Shown one piece after another: positions 52,101 to 64,000 of a DNA stretch of 64,000 bases (its first letter is position 1; every line of letters begins with the position of its first letter). Source of the stretch: Octopus vulgaris (taxonomy: Eukaryota); the NCBI GenBank assembly GCA_951406725.2, contig OX597816.1, positions 2,232,001-2,296,000 on the forward strand. Reading direction: 5' to 3'. The translations under genes were made by a program, and so were the position numbers. A model generated the notes under the pieces. The model was given only the letters and a program-made list of their open reading frames with translations. It was not told the origin of the DNA and made no database searches.

Positions 52101-53195
52101 GAGACCTGATTGTTGTTTTGTTGCCATGTTGTGTCTCCCCCATTGAAGCCTATTGGACAGCTTTAGTTCCTTTGTGTTTGAGTGCATCAGCCTCAGCTCT
52201 GACAATGCAGCCTTCATGCCTTGCCCCAAAGAACTGGTAAAGGGCTACTTACCACTAGCATGTCAGTCGCAGTGCCTTGGTTCTGTTAATATTGAGCACA
52301 CATGATACAGGCATTCAAGCCATGACCATCTAGTCTCATTTTCAGGAATAGTGCCCACTGGGCTACATTATCCAATGTGATTTTTTAAAAAGAGGCGTGT
52401 ATGGTTTGAGGTAGATTTGGTTACTATCTCTAGCAGGTTGAGTAAAATTACGTACAGGCTCCCCATTGTATTTTGTAAGTGGAAGGAATACACTCAGTAT
52501 AATTAATCCTAACATAATTAGTCCAGTAATTAATCCCTGTAGCCAATGAAACTATTTTATTGACTTGAAAAGGATGAAAGGCAGAGTTAACTCTAGTGGG
52601 GAAACAAACGCCAGTGTTGTAGAGTTTCAAGTTCAACCCTTTAGTAATAATAATAATAATAACAACAATAATAATAATATTGATGATGATTTGTAACATA
52701 GGCACAGAAAGCCTTGTATTTCAGGGTCAGGAACAGTCGATTAAATCAGCCCTATACTCGACTGGTTCTTTATTTTATTGACTCAATATGAAAAGATAAG
52801 TGGGGCCTCACTTGTATTTAAACTCAGAGTGTTCAGAAGATATAACCTAAATACATTAAGGGATTTATCCACCACCATTTCAGCCACGAGAATGATTTTA
52901 ATGAAGGCTTTATTTGGCTGCTCTTTTGAGATGGGGTTCAAATGTTTTGATGAAAATAAATTATCACTTTACATCATATTTCTCTTCTACATTCTAATAT
53001 TATTATATTTACGCCTGAGTTTGTTCTTAATATTTGAAATCCTCTGGTTGGTTTCTAAAATCTAGTTATTCTTCCCATCTCTTCTTCCCGAAATCTGCAA
53101 CATTCTTGCCTTCTAAACCATTGCTTTCCCAATTTGATTCCTCTTTTTCTTTTTCTCTCTTGTGGCTACACTCTGTGTAAGGCCTGCCCCATATA

Positions 53196-53237
<42 letters not shown>

Positions 53238-53300
53238 CTATACTAGAATGTTATTTGTCATATGACAGGCAAATTTGGAATATACCATGGAAGTACTCTT

Positions 53301-53367
<67 letters not shown>

Positions 53368-53517
53368 AAAACAATTGCAGCGTGGAAGGTGAACAGATTG
53401 CGGTCTCAAAGCGACAAAAATATTTTGACAAATTAAATTTAAATGTTGAAGTGAATCTAACGGTTTTTGTGTGTTTCTTAAATGGCTTATAAACACCCTC
53501 CACACTGCAATTGTTTT
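53368..53517. repeat. Short fold-back element between (TA)n tracts
   Basis: AAAACAATTGCAGCGTGGAAGGTG (53368-91) versus CACCCTCCACACTGCAATTGTTTT (53494-517): 22/24 inverted match. Confidence 0.8.
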
Positions 53518-53570
53518 CGTTCCAGCACACGATCTCAGATTAGGTCACTTGCTATGCAAGTACATCTCCG

Positions 53571-53601
<31 letters not shown>

Positions 53602-53604
<3 letters not shown>

Positions 53605-53812
53605 TTTTATTCATTTACTTGTTTCAGTCATTTGACTGCGGCCATGCGGGATCACCACCTTTAGTCGAATGAATCGACCCCAGGACTTATTCTTTGTAAG
53701 CTTAGTACTTATTCTATTGGTCTCTTTTGCTGAACCACTAAGTTACAGGGACGCAAACACACCAACATTGGTTGTGAAGCAATGGTGGAGGGATAAGCAC
53801 AGACACACAAAC

Positions 53813-53843
<31 letters not shown>

Positions 53844-53973
53844 TGACAGGCTTCTTTCAGTTTCCATCTACCAAATCCACTCACAGAGTTTTGGTCGGCC
53901 TGAGACTCTAGTAGGAGACACTTGCCCAAGGTGCCACGTAGTGGGACTGAATCTAGAACCAATTGGTTGGGAA
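53602..53973 (-). mobile_element. SINE family A1 (slightly 5'-truncated)
   Basis: Reverse-complement match to 19575-19961. Confidence 0.9.
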
Positions 53974-55067
53974 TATATATGTATGTGTGTTTACACATTC
54001 TCCTCCTCACCTGTCTCACATTTTTTCTCTTTCATTGTGTGTGTAGCATTCATATACTCATTGCGTGTCACCAAGCCTGGTATGTGCACTCATCTTACAC
54101 TTCTTACACTGACACCCTCTGCATCTCCCCCCCCCCCTTTCTAATGATGTAAACAATGTCTGGAGAAACTAACCAATCAACATTCATATTGGCTGTTATT
54201 ATGTAGAGCTGTATGTGAGTGTGTATGTGTTTACATTTTGTGTATCACATGGGGAATAGGTGAGTTATGGCTTATGATGTTAGTTGACATTCCTTGTCTG
54301 ATAATTCTGTGTTTTTGAAGACAAGTGAAATTCAACCTACTTGGGAAACAGGTATGGGTTAGTGAGATGAAGTATATCTGACTGTAAAACGCCTCAACAA
54401 CATATTCATCAAATCCATACTGACATGAGAAAAACACGTAAAATGAATGTGTGTGTGTGGTCTGAAAATCTGTTATTGTTATATTGTGTCTCTTCTTTTA
54501 TGCCTTGTAATTTTAGTGGATCAAACTGAAATAAATACTGATCAACTGTATATGAGGGTGATACCCAAGCAAGGGCACAACTCAGTGACTAAAACCACTA
54601 TCGCCCCTTGCAGTATATTTCCTTCTTAGTAAAAAGTATATTGTATCCTTCCATGGTACAAAACCTACAAGGTCTAACTCACAGGAATGCATTTGTAAAA
54701 AAAAACCTTGATTTAAATGGATTTGAGGTAATGCCAGAGTAAGCTTTTGAGTTATTGTTAGTGGTAATTCAGCCTCTATACACAATATTTTTTGCCATAC
54801 AACTGCATTTTAGAGGGCAATTGTTGGGATCAAAACAGTTGCATGAACTGGTCTTTTATTAGGTTATTGATTTTTTTATGCTTACTAATTTGAAGTTTTA
54901 TAATTGTGGTAAAAATTTGCGATGGTTGAATATAAAAATTTTACAATATTTTTTTTGTATTAAAGATCTGGTTGTAACTATGGTTTAAGGCTATGTTTCT
55001 CAGGGCACCATGCATTTCTAACTGTTGGGCATGGCATTATTTTGGTGAGATGCGGGTTACTTCAAAA

Positions 55068-55361
55068 TCATCATCATCATCGTTTAACGTCCGTTCTCCA
55101 TGCTAGCATGGGTTGGACGGTTCGACCGGGGTTCTGGGAAGCCAGAAGGCTGCACCAGGCTCCAGTCTAATCTGGCAATGTTTCTACAGCTGGATGCCCT
55201 TCCTAACGCCAACCACTCCGTGAGTGTAGTGGGTGCTTTTTACGTGCCACCTGCACAGGTGCCAGGCGAGGCTGGCAACGGCCACGGTCAGATTGGTGTA
55301 TTTTATGTGCCACCGGCACGGAAGCCAGTCGAGGCGGTGCTGGCATCGGCCACGAGTCGGA
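55068..55361 (-). mobile_element. RTE-like 3' end copy (young, CpGs retained)
   Basis: (CAT)n 'cgtttaacgtccgttctccatgctagcatgggttggacgg...' with two 'gtgccacc' units. Confidence 0.85.
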
Positions 55362-55463
55362 TATAAAACAGTAACAACTGAATAAAATTTGCAATAAACT
55401 TTAAAACTTCTTTTGAATATATACATAATATACACTAACTTTGTCCATTCATGGTGGGACACA

Positions 55464-56354
55464 TTTACTCTTTTACTTGTTTCAATCATTTGGCTGTGGC
55501 CATGCTGGAGCACCGCCTTTAGTCGAGCAAATCGACCCCAGGACATATTCTTTGTAAGCCCAGTACTTATTCTATCGGTCTCTTTTGCCGAACCGCTAAG
55601 TTACGGGGGCGTAAACACACCAGCATCAGTTGTCAAGCGATGTTGGAGGGACAAACACAGACACAGAAACACACACACACACATTATATATTTTTGCTCC
55701 GCTCGTCGTTCATAAAAAATTCCGCGTTCGCAATACTTTTTTTCGTTCGGCGTCAACAGCCCTTCTTATCTTGTTTTTCCTTGTCCTGTCTTTTATTGTT
55801 TACAATTTGTACTGTCGTTACTGTCCTGTTTTTGTTACCATTTTTTACCCCTCTGCGAAAAGATCTCAGAATTTCAATTGATTTGCTTTTCGCAGGAAGG
55901 AAAGTTTCTTGTCGATGATACGTCTCGCTTTTATCCTTCGAAACGTAGAGTAGATGAAATCATAGCGACTGAAGAAGGGTTTTTTTCTTTGTGTTAATTG
56001 TCCTGTACTCTATTTTTTTGTTGTTTTAAAAAAATGTCCAGTTCCTTTGGTTTGTGTCTGTTTTCGTTTCTCATTGTGTTCGACGTCCTTTTGGTGTCCT
56101 GTACTCATATATGCGTGTATATGTACATGTAGAGGTAGGTACGTACATATATGTTTATATATATGCATATGTTTTATTTTATTTATATATACGACGGGCT
56201 TCTTTCAGTTTCTGTCTACCAAATCCACTGACAAGGCTTTGGTCGGCCCGAGGCTATAGCAGAAGACACATGCCCAAGGTGCCACGTAGTGAGACTGAAC
56301 CCGGAGCCATGTGGTTTGTAAGCAAGCTACTTACCACACATCCACTCCTATGCC
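55464..56354 (-). mobile_element. SINE family A1 interrupted by a ~500-bp insertion
   Basis: The SINE tail half (55464-55683) and head half (~56190-56354) match the other A1 copies; unrelated sequence sits in the central microsatellite. Confidence 0.85.
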
Positions 56355-56693
56355 TATAAGAACACATTTGTGTTTTTTTTTAAATCAATATGTGGGCATT
56401 GGACAGAGGGAAATGGTTGAGAAACACTGGTTCAAAGGCAACTACTTCTTAGTTTAAAGACACATTGGAACCAATGGTGCCGCTGCCGTTATATTCAATA
56501 AAGTTGTGTTTCTCGTTTTTCTTTTTCTTTTTTTTTTAGGAAGGAAATATATTTTGCCATGTTAAAGATAGTTTTATAATGCTGCTCCTGATTAAATTGT
56601 CATTGCAATACTAGGGTGGATGGATTGTGGAAAAGCATTGGCCCAAAAAATTTGCCAAAAATTTTTTTAAAAGCCTCAATGAGAGATATAGTA

Positions 56694-56726
<33 letters not shown>

Positions 56727-56847
56727 TCAAAAATATAAGGAATGGCCATAATAGGACATTCGACTCACTAGAAAGAGCAGCCAAACTCAAACCACTAATA
56801 GTTGTACTTCTGAAATTGAAAGAGAAATAAAAACGTTTACCCTTTCA

Positions 56848-56942
56848 TCTCTGGACTATGCATAGTTTCAGCAAACTTTGGTAAACAAATTAATTAAATT
56901 AAATTAAATTTATTTACAACTGGCGTGCCTCGTCAGCAGAGA
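56848..56942 (-). ncRNA. Type I hammerhead ribozyme
   Basis: Minus strand: TCTCTG-CTGACGA-GGCA...TGCT-GAAA-CTATGCATAG-TC-CAGAGA. Stem I is 6 perfect bp, the CUGANGA and GAAA cores are intact, the triplet is GUC (predicted cut between 56854 and 56853), and stem III is the palindrome ACTATGCATAGT. Confidence 0.85.
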
Positions 56943-57092
56943 AGCCAAGGATGAGTATATATCCACGAGGTGATTGTAAGGAAGCCTCCAGTCTATATGC
57001 TATAAATTTTCAAAATCTACCACAATCGCGCGGTCTTCTCAACAGCAAATATAAACTGATTTAATTTCAAAATTAGTAAAAAAATCATTAAT

Positions 57093-57151
57093 TAATAAAT
57101 ATAAGGGTAGCAAAAAAATTCTAGAATTTTTTGCTACCCTTATATTTATTA
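57093..57151. repeat. Near-perfect 59-bp palindrome
   Basis: taataaatataagggtagcaaaaaaattct|agaattttttgctacccttatatttatta (A7 versus T6 is the only difference). Confidence 0.9.
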
Positions 57152-57161
57152 TTAATAAATG

Positions 57162-57206
<45 letters not shown>

Positions 57207-57476
57207 CATGCAATGTGCATAGGCACATTTAAATAATTTGTATGCAATGTGTAGGTAAGTATATATATATATATATATACACATACACACACATATACAT
57301 ACATATACACACACATGTAGGTGTATGTATGTATGTATATATATATATGTGTGTGTGTGTGTGTAGGTATATGTATATGTAGGTATATGTGTGTGTATGT
57401 ATATATATATATATATATATATATACATACACATACACATATACCTACATATATATATACCTACACACACACACAT

Positions 57477-57517
<41 letters not shown>

Positions 57518-57557
57518 CACATGTAGGTGTATGTATATATATACATACATGCAGGCT

Positions 57558-57891
57558 GACCCTCTTTGGTCATGAATGCCCATGGGATTGCACCTAGAAA
57601 GTTACCCTCTGAGGTACAAGTCCAGGCAAGGTTGTTTTATGGAAGACCAGCAGTTGCCTATGATACCAGCCTCCACTCTCCCTGCCACTGATGTTATCCA
57701 AGGGAAAGGCAAAGGGGCCGATACAGCTTGGCATCAGTGACGTCGCAACTCATTTCTACAGATGAGCGAACCGGAGCAATGTGAATTAAAGTCTCTTGCT
57801 CAAGAACACAACACGCAGCCTGGTCCGGGAATTGAACTCACAACCTCACAATCATAAGCTCAACATTCTAACCACTGAGCCATGTCCCTTC
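57558..57891 (-). mobile_element. tRNA-derived SINE family B
   Basis: Reverse-complement match to 23629-23955; A-box TGGCTCAGTGG and B-box GTTCAATTCC on the minus strand. Confidence 0.85.
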
Positions 57892-58191
57892 ACATATATG
57901 TGTGTGTGTGTATATGTGTATATGCATATATATATGTGTGTGTGTGTGTGTTGGCTGTGAAATGGCCGTCAGCCTATAGATATCAACTGGTGAAATAAAT
58001 CTATTCATCTCTCATACCACCTGACTTTCTTTATATTCTAAATGTGTATATTTATATATAATGCACATAATATACACTGTAGTATAAAATGCATATACTT
58101 ATCTGCGAACGAGTGAATAGCTCTGTATAATAATATGTCTGTATAGACACATGTACATATGTAAACGGGTGCATGTGTGTGTATACATACA

Positions 58192-58238
<47 letters not shown>

Positions 58239-59850
58239 GGTTGGATGTGTGTGTGTGTGTGTATACACATATTCTTTGATCTTAGGCAAAAGGCGGAGAA
58301 GTGTGTGTGTGTGTGTGAGGGGTAGTGTTCAGTCTCTCCTGCCTAGTTAGCCAGTTCTACCAAGCATACTACAACAGTCAATAAAGTAGCCAACCAGTGA
58401 ATCTTTCTGTTACTCTTTCTCGCAGAGTGGAGGGGGCCAACTGCTGGCAAGAAGGTGCCACTCTATATGTGTATCTTATTCACCATTAGACATCCCCTAT
58501 CTACCATCGTTGCAGCCTCCGCAGTTGTTGCTTCTCTCTCTCTCTCTCTCTCCTCCTCATTCTACCACAGTACAAACACATACGAATATGAATATATTCT
58601 CTCTCTTTCTCTCTCTCTCTCTCTCACACACGCACACACACACACGTATAGGCCTGCACTTAGCACTCTGATGTTCCCTTCAGGAACATCTCTGTGTGGA
58701 TGTTTTTGTTGTTTATGTTTTCCATTTCTTCACATCATTACCATCATTTGTGGCTGTCAGCTCCTCCGCTGCCCCCTTATCTGCCTTCCTTATTAGCTTC
58801 AATAACAGGGCCTTTACTACAGCCATAGTTCTAACCGTAGTTGTAGCTCAAACTCCATTCTTACTCTGCCAGACTTCGTGAGAAGTGTTTCTGCTGATTT
58901 CTTTTGTCTCTATTTCTTGCCTAATCTTTGGATTCCTGCTGCTACCCCCTCGTCCCAGCTGTCCCATTTATTTTCAAATTCAGGAAATCCTTAACATCTC
59001 TCAATGGTGATACACAGATTTTGTTGTTGCTGTTGTATTTATTGGGTTTGTCTGAAAAGTAAACAAATAAAAAGAAAGAACAAATAGACAAAAAGATACA
59101 ATAAGAAAAAAAAACAAACAATAATAAACACATTTGTTGGGGAATACCTTTTCCTCCTCCCCTTCCTTGTCTCTTATTCATAATTCTTCCCTCCCTCTTT
59201 CTAACAGTTTCCTTTGTCACTGATTCTCTTCCTCCTCTTCCTATCTCTCTTTTCTCCTGCTCTATTTCTCACTCCCTCTCTCCCTCCCATGCACACACAC
59301 ACATTCACTTCATTGTAACCCTTCCCTGCGATAGGTATCTCTGCTTTTTACTTACCAAGCCCCGACTGCTTCATGTTTTCTGCTACCTGTAGGTGAAGAA
59401 TTATTGCCGGGCTGTGCTGGCTGCTTTGCTTCCATTCATCTGTTGGAGGAAACTTTAAATTTACAAATGTTCTGCCTTACCAATATACGAGGTAGATCTG
59501 TACTGTTTTGGTAAGACCCACAGGATTTTGGGCCATGTTCAGAAAATAGCTGAAAAAATTTCCGCAAAATAATAATTTTTAATATGACAGACTTCGGTAT
59601 ACACTGGAAACCTCTGTATTATTTATACACACACTCACACACATGTATGTACATGAATCTAAATACATAATCACATACATTCCAACTTTTCCTTTAATCA
59701 AGTATGTACCTAAATGTGTCATAGCCTTGTTCCTTGGATTATATTCCTCTGGTCTTGGGACTAGATAAAAACAAAAACTAGAACAGAGGAATAGAAAACT
59801 GGAAGGAAAATTACCTGAGTCTTGCTGACCTTTTTCTTTGTGAACGACAG

Positions 59851-59978
59851 GATTTAGGGATGTCTGGGCATCAAATGTACATGTACATGTGTACATCTGC
59901 CGAGACATACCACCACACACAGTACACTAGCCATAGTGTCAAGAAAACCAGCTGCCTGGACACTAGCTACTTCTCCAG
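59851..59978 (+). CDS. Candidate 128-nt exon (unknown product)
   Basis: ctgacctttttctttgtgaacgacAG|G acceptor and CAG|GTGAGG donor. The frame DLGMSGHQMYMYMCTSAETYHHTQYTSHSVKKTSCLDTSYFS is open up to the donor and hits a stop immediately after it. No homology recognised. Confidence 0.35.
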
Positions 59979-60118
59979 GTGAGGTGATAGTGTGTCTTCT
60001 CTCTTATATTTTCATTTACTGTTTCCTCCCTTCAGCTATTCATGTTTGTTTAATTTTTATCTATATATTTATTTTGGGTTCAGGGATCCCCTTAAAAAAA
60101 AAAAAAAAAAAAAAGCAA

Positions 60119-60387
60119 TATAGCCCCGGGCCGACCAATGCCTTGTGAGTGGATTTGGTAGACGGAAACTGAAAGAAGCCTGTCGTATATATGTATATAT
60201 GTGTGTATGCGTGTGTTTGTGTGTCTGTGTTTGTCCCCCTAGCATTGCTTGACAACCGATGCTGGTGTATTTAGGTCCCCGTCACTTAGCGGTTCGGCAA
60301 AAAGAGACCGATAGAATAAGTACTAAAAGGTGGTGCTCCAGCATGGCCGCAGTCGGGTGACTGAAACAAGTAAAAGAGTAAAAGAGA
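60119..60387 (+). mobile_element. SINE family A1, 5'-truncated with internal deletion
   Basis: Matches the A1 copies from 'tatagcc.cgggccgacc' to 'gactgaaacaagtaaaagagtaaaaga'; lacks the 'ggcttacaaagaataagtcc..' segment. Confidence 0.85.
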
Positions 60388-60462
60388 GTATGTGTAATAA
60401 TGGCAACTGACCCAAAAGTTTTCCAACTGGAATTTGGTTTTTGTCTTGATATGCTGCTGTTG

Positions 60463-60503
<41 letters not shown>

Positions 60504-61670
60504 GTAGACTTCTGTAATGTAACAATGCAAAACATTCTTAACAATTGAATTTAATTTTAAAAATCCATTAATTAAATTTTTTACAATAACAGTTGCAACG
60601 TTTACTTATTGTCCTCTTCCTGAAATTGCATCCAACTTCATTATAGATTTTGGCCATATATGTTGATACTCATAAAGATTTGAATATACAAATAGACATC
60701 AATGTGTGTTTGCTTCTGTTTCTTATTATTTGACGTTTTCCTGTAAGGAAGGAGCTGGTTTTTAACAAAGCTACAAAGCCCCGTCTTTGGAACGTAGGTA
60801 ACAAAAACAAATTCACATTTTAAACTTGAGAAAAGTCTTGCATATTATGTATGTAACTGTGTGTGTGCGAGTGTCTGTTTGTCTGTATACCTATATCTTA
60901 TGTATACCTATGTCTGTATACCTATATCTTATGTGTGTGTGTGTGTGTATGTGTATCTACATCTACCTGTTTTCTCAGATGGATACCTAATCCTTGCTAC
61001 TATGGGAAAACCAAAGTAAAACAGATGTGTACACACACTCACACACACACAGAGGCAATCATGTACAGAAATTTGCATACAGACAACATAGGTAAACAAA
61101 TATATGTAGTTGGAGCCAACGATAAAACGTCAGCAGAGGGTGGTTTGATTGTTTGAAATAGGTGAACCTGCCCCTAGCCACACCCTATTGCCTGAAAGAA
61201 AATATACAGATTGGATGATGTGGTCTTAGAAATAAATGAAATGGTCATGGTTGGAACATTTTTCATCATAGATGTGCTTGATCAGGACTGACACAGGCCT
61301 AAACAATTACACACACATTCACACATACATATGTGCATATGTAAGTTCATACGTGCATACATACATACATGCACGCATGTATACATAACCGCACTTCCAC
61401 ATTCACCTTCCTCCATGTGACAAATGTGATGAACACCCATGCATAAAAAGATAAAGGCATGCACAAAGCATTTATATATATATATATATATGCACCTACA
61501 CAAGTGCAGACACAAAGGCCACACACACACACAAGCAGAATATTCTGTAAATTCATGGTTTATGGCATGGGATTAATTATTTTACTAGTTTTCCATTTAG
61601 TTGTCAGGTTTTTGAGAAAATCGTATGCTCGGCATATATCTTTCGTTTTTCTATCCCATTTGTCTCTCTT

Positions 61671-61734
<64 letters not shown>

Positions 61735-61786
61735 ACTGTCTGTCTGCCTACATGTCTGTCTGTCTATCTACCTACCTATCTCTCTT

Positions 61787-61818
<32 letters not shown>

Positions 61819-61949
61819 ACTGTCTGTCTGCCTACATGTCTGTCTGTCTACCTGTCTGTCTGTCTATCTACCTACCTATCTCTCTGTCTGTCTGTCTGTC
61901 TCTGTCTATCTATCCATCTATGCATCTATCTATCTCTCTATCTATCTAC

Positions 61950-61980
<31 letters not shown>

Positions 61981-61981
61981 C

Positions 61982-62043
<62 letters not shown>

Positions 62044-62084
62044 GCCTACATGTCTGTCTATCTATCTATCTATCTATCTATCTA

Positions 62085-62153
<69 letters not shown>

Positions 62154-62163
62154 CTCTATCTAC

Positions 62164-62197
<34 letters not shown>

Positions 62198-62207
62198 CTC
62201 TATCTAC

Positions 62208-62249
<42 letters not shown>

Positions 62250-62259
62250 CTCTATCTAC

Positions 62260-62325
<66 letters not shown>

Positions 62326-62376
62326 GCCTACATGTCTATCTATCTATCTATCTATCCATCCATCCATCCACCCATC
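61671..62376. repeat. ~700-bp compound (TATC)n/(TGTC)n/(TACC)n tetranucleotide tract
   Basis: Read directly; it generates the spurious 317-aa and 239-aa ORFs. Confidence 0.97.
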
Positions 62377-62533
62377 AACATAGACCTACTGTTATACATC
62401 TTTTATTTTTAATCATGAGAACTTACACTGTGACTCAAGGGCCAGGAGTGTCATGCACTTATCATGCATGATTCTTGATCCACTTTGCAATTACTGCTGA
62501 TTGAAGAATATAAGATATGTTTCTCTATATGTA

Positions 62534-62565
<32 letters not shown>

Positions 62566-62933
62566 TGCAAACACATTACGCTGTTATTGAGGTTGCTCTT
62601 GCATGTTACACTCTAAACACAGAATCAGTCACAATGTTGCTGGTAATTGTCTAAGAGAAGCAAAAATAAATATTTAGCAGTATATGTGAGGAATTAATAA
62701 TATCTGAAGCCTGCATGATTATAGAATACCCACCCTCCTTCCTCGTCTCTCCCCATAACCCCATTTCAATTGTTTTCTCATAATATACTGACATTTGTCA
62801 TTAATTGATTTGTGACATCACCAAATAGATTGATTGGTATAAACAATCCTGTCATTTTCTATGAAATTTGCTACTTCTATGCTTTAAAGAAAGGTAAATT
62901 CATGCACTTGTATATGTTGGGTGTCACCAACAC

Positions 62934-62983
<50 letters not shown>

Positions 62984-63510
62984 GCACAGGCCTTACCAGT
63001 TAGGGTGTTGAATTCATGATTGTTCAGCTCTGGTTTTACTTCCCAGACTGGGCATATTCTGTCCTTTCGCCTTGTTGCAGCCTGCTCGGCAGAAGATGGG
63101 TGGCCACCACCTAGCACTGATGCCGCTTTCTCTCTTTTGCTCCAGCTGTCACACACACTCGGCGTTCTGCTGCATCAAGAGTATGAGGGTCAGTTCACAG
63201 GACGTCTCTGCCAGCCTGCAATCACTATATAGGGATCTAAAGAACAACTAGCAAAAGCTTGCTACCACCTCAAATACAAGTGTCAGCTGAGCTATCTCAT
63301 CATTGTTTTAACGTCCACTAATGTCCTACTTGCATGGGTCAGACAGGTTTTCTATGGCTGGATGCCCTTCCTGTTACAAAGTAGTATTTCCCCATATGAC
63401 CCTTTCATGTTTTTGAAGAATATTGGAAATGACACTGCATCTATGTCAGTGATACTTGTTTACAGTTACCACACAATTTCAAAACAAGAAGACATAAATG
63501 CATGCATGCA

Positions 63511-63541
<31 letters not shown>

Positions 63542-64000
63542 TCACACTCACATATTCACACACACATACACTCACACACACACACATATACACTCACACT
63601 CACACACACCAGAGTTGGTAGTTGTTAGCGTATATTTTGACTCTTTGTGCTCTGATTTCAAATTGTGCTATACTCTGCATTTCACCCATTTGATGTCACA
63701 CAAAAAAGAAACATAGAAAAGACCCAAGCCATGATTATGGATTGGTGGCATTGCTACAGCTTCGGACCAGATGCTGTGGGATATCTTTTCTGGCCGTTTG
63801 CATTCCGATGGCAATATCTGTGACAGTACTGGTGTTAAAGTATAGTTTCATAGGCATGGAAAGATGAGAATTGCTTGTATGGAGAATTATCTGTCTTGCC
63901 GAAAGAGGAAAGAGGGTGGGGGGAATCGGGTTTATTTCAGTGTGGAATGAATTATGAGGGGAGCTTCCATGGTGCAGAAACATATGGTTAGCCATGACTG

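Noticed and set aside
61459-62471. 317-aa and 239-aa ORFs, the longest in the track
   Set aside because: They are translations of the (TATC)n tract (YLSI repeats), not a real protein.
62990-63235. GC-richer block with a minus-strand GTAAGG donor and short ORFs on both strands
   Set aside because: All three minus frames contain stops between the putative splice sites, and I recognise no protein family.

Overview
This is AT-rich, microsatellite-dense eukaryotic DNA with no protein-coding gene I can recognise. The repeat complement resembles a coleoid cephalopod (Octopus-like) genome; that is my inference, not a database result. The window is probably part of one or more very long introns, tentatively on the + strand. 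Most ORF-track entries are (TA)n/(CA)n/(TATC)n or SINE artefacts. Supported content: 5'-truncated LINE remnants (CR1-like at 1.6-2.3 kb, L1/Tx1-like at 50.2-52.1 kb, many RTE-like 3' ends), several tRNA-derived SINE families, Tc1/mariner remnants (maT-like at 31.4-32.2 kb, mariner at 16.5-16.9 kb), two TTAA-flanked piggyBac-type MITE families, a MITE with an 8-bp TSD carrying (CCCTAA)3, a non-autonomous Helitron and several fold-back structures. The most notable signals are (i) two nearly canonical type I hammerhead ribozymes (56848-56942 minus; 33377-33473 plus), plus decayed hammerhead halves, one inside a tRNA-headed SINE-like element; (ii) a strong juxtaposed acceptor/donor (candidate recursive-splicing ratchet point) at 28333/28334; and (iii) two low-confidence candidate exons. 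Repeat boundaries were read by eye and are approximate unless TSDs or TIRs are quoted.
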